The position numbers and the translations under genes are program-made. DNA of 34,978 bases from Craspedostauros australis (Eukaryota). Each line of letters starts with the position of its first letter. Position 1 is the stretch's first letter. The DNA lies in NCBI GenBank assembly GCA_030167865.1, contig JALAGF010003220.1:1-34978 (forward strand). The letters are read 5' to 3'. Shown in pieces: positions 33,634 to 34,978 of the stretch. The notes beneath the pieces were generated by a model, which made no database searches, was not told where the DNA came from, and worked only from the letters and a program-made list of their open reading frames with translations.

Positions 33634-34312
33634 CAGTTTGGTTCAGGACTGCGGGAGGAAGACGCCCAAGTGTTCCGTGTTGGTTGGCCTGTCTTGCTCT
33701 CAGACCGTTATAATATTGATCACAACGTTATTTTCAGTATCCAAGTTTGTCTCCACAGAATTGAAACGCGAACCCAGCAAACTGATGATAAAGTAGCTTA
33801 ATGGGTCGATCACTCGACAGTCTCATTTATCCACAACTAACAAAAGTACAGGATGGTGCTGACACAATTGTTCGGCGTTATCGTGACAAAAAACCTTGTG
33901 GATATTGCAGTGGTGTTACCGTCGTTCCGGCCTATTCAAACACGCCAGCCAGCCATCAAAGAGCAGTGACGTTAGCCAGAACGATTGAAGCGCGATCAGA
34001 TTGTTCACGATCTGACCTGCGTGTGGTCAAATCACCACGCACAAGCAATCGAAAGCAGACGCGAGAACAACGTTCCTGGACAGTGAGGACGCAGCAGGAC
34101 TGTTACTGTTGCATCGTCACCATTGAGACGATACTGCTGTTATCCATCCATAAAACCCATTTTATGTTGATCCATCCGTTCCAAGCGACAAGTCAAGAAG
34201 TCTCAAATCAAAAGGTCTTCGCTGTTGCCATTGACGCCGATCAGAAATACGGACACACCAGTTCGCGCCATCGTCATCGTTTTCGATACCGTCATTGCCT
34301 CCTCAGCGAACC

Positions 34313-34978
34313 ATGCCCGTCATCGGTTTGAAGGGAAAACGCCTGGGAGCCTCAGGCTCCATTTCACCCACCTCGATGGTGATGATCTCCATCCTCATCA
34401 GCATCGTCTTGCTGCAATTCTTTTCCCCCCTGCGGAATGATGACATCCAGTCCGTGGATAAGGCAGTCGCCAGTCAGGCGATGGTCGTCGGCCAGTCAGC
34501 TGTCGAGGTACCGTACGATCCTTTGGCGATCCCAGCAGGCCACGCGCAACCTTTGCCGTCCATTCGAACCACCAAGGAGGAAGAGCAACAAATAGTTCGC
34601 AAGCAATACGGAGGCAAAGGTACGACGAATTGGCGCGAGAGTTGTTGAATTGGAGACTGGAGGTTTGGATGGATGAGTGTATGAGTGTATGAATGCATGG
34701 ATGCACACGTGGGCGCTTGGGTGGATGCAGGGATGATTTTCGAATCGAAGTTGCTACTCTACGATTTTTGGTATGCTGGATGGAGCTTGCCTTTCCTCCT
34801 GAGTTCAGGACAGCAAATGTCGTGGTGTGCTACGTTGATGTGTCCTCTCTTGTTGTGCTCCGCCACCTAACTCTCCTTGATGCTTCGTGCAATCCACTTT
34901 CTGTTGCCTCGCCATGCCTCGCAATGCCTCACTGATGTCCATCATCTTTTTTCCGATCAGGCGACAAAGCACATCTCG
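34313..34978 (+). CDS. 5' part of a type-II membrane-anchored protein, possibly a SAM-methyltransferase-like family; exons 34313-34619 and 34961->34978
   Basis: TM segment MVMISILISIVLLQFF; phase-1 intron GTACGA...ATCAG joins RKQYGGK-G-DKAHL. The family guess is from memory of similar diatom proteins; any catalytic domain lies outside the window. Confidence 0.7.

Overview
Eukaryotic nuclear DNA, most likely a diatom or related stramenopile (GT-AG introns, ASAFAP-like bipartite plastid presequences, GC3-rich host genes). Positions 2.7-24.9 kb are a compact host gene block: XPB helicase, a plastid-targeted selenoprotein MsrA (in-frame UGA in G-U-F-W plus a SECIS-like 3' hairpin), a RING protein, a PsbQ-like lumen protein, two hypothetical proteins, a P5C reductase-like gene, a SETD3/LSMT-like methyltransferase, a 3-exon gene combining a PH-like region, a RelA/SpoT-like nucleotidyltransferase and a TPR-like region, and a ~24-repeat ankyrin protein. 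Positions ~26.0-32.6 kb hold a decayed, CpG-depleted piggyBac-like DNA transposon whose transposase carries a YqaJ/lambda-exonuclease domain between the 2nd and 3rd catalytic aspartates; that ~1.58 kb module occurs twice in diverged tandem form. Two TTCAGA-rich palindromic repeat blocks follow, and the window ends in the first exons of a membrane-anchored protein. All family assignments come from motif recognition by eye; no database searches were run.
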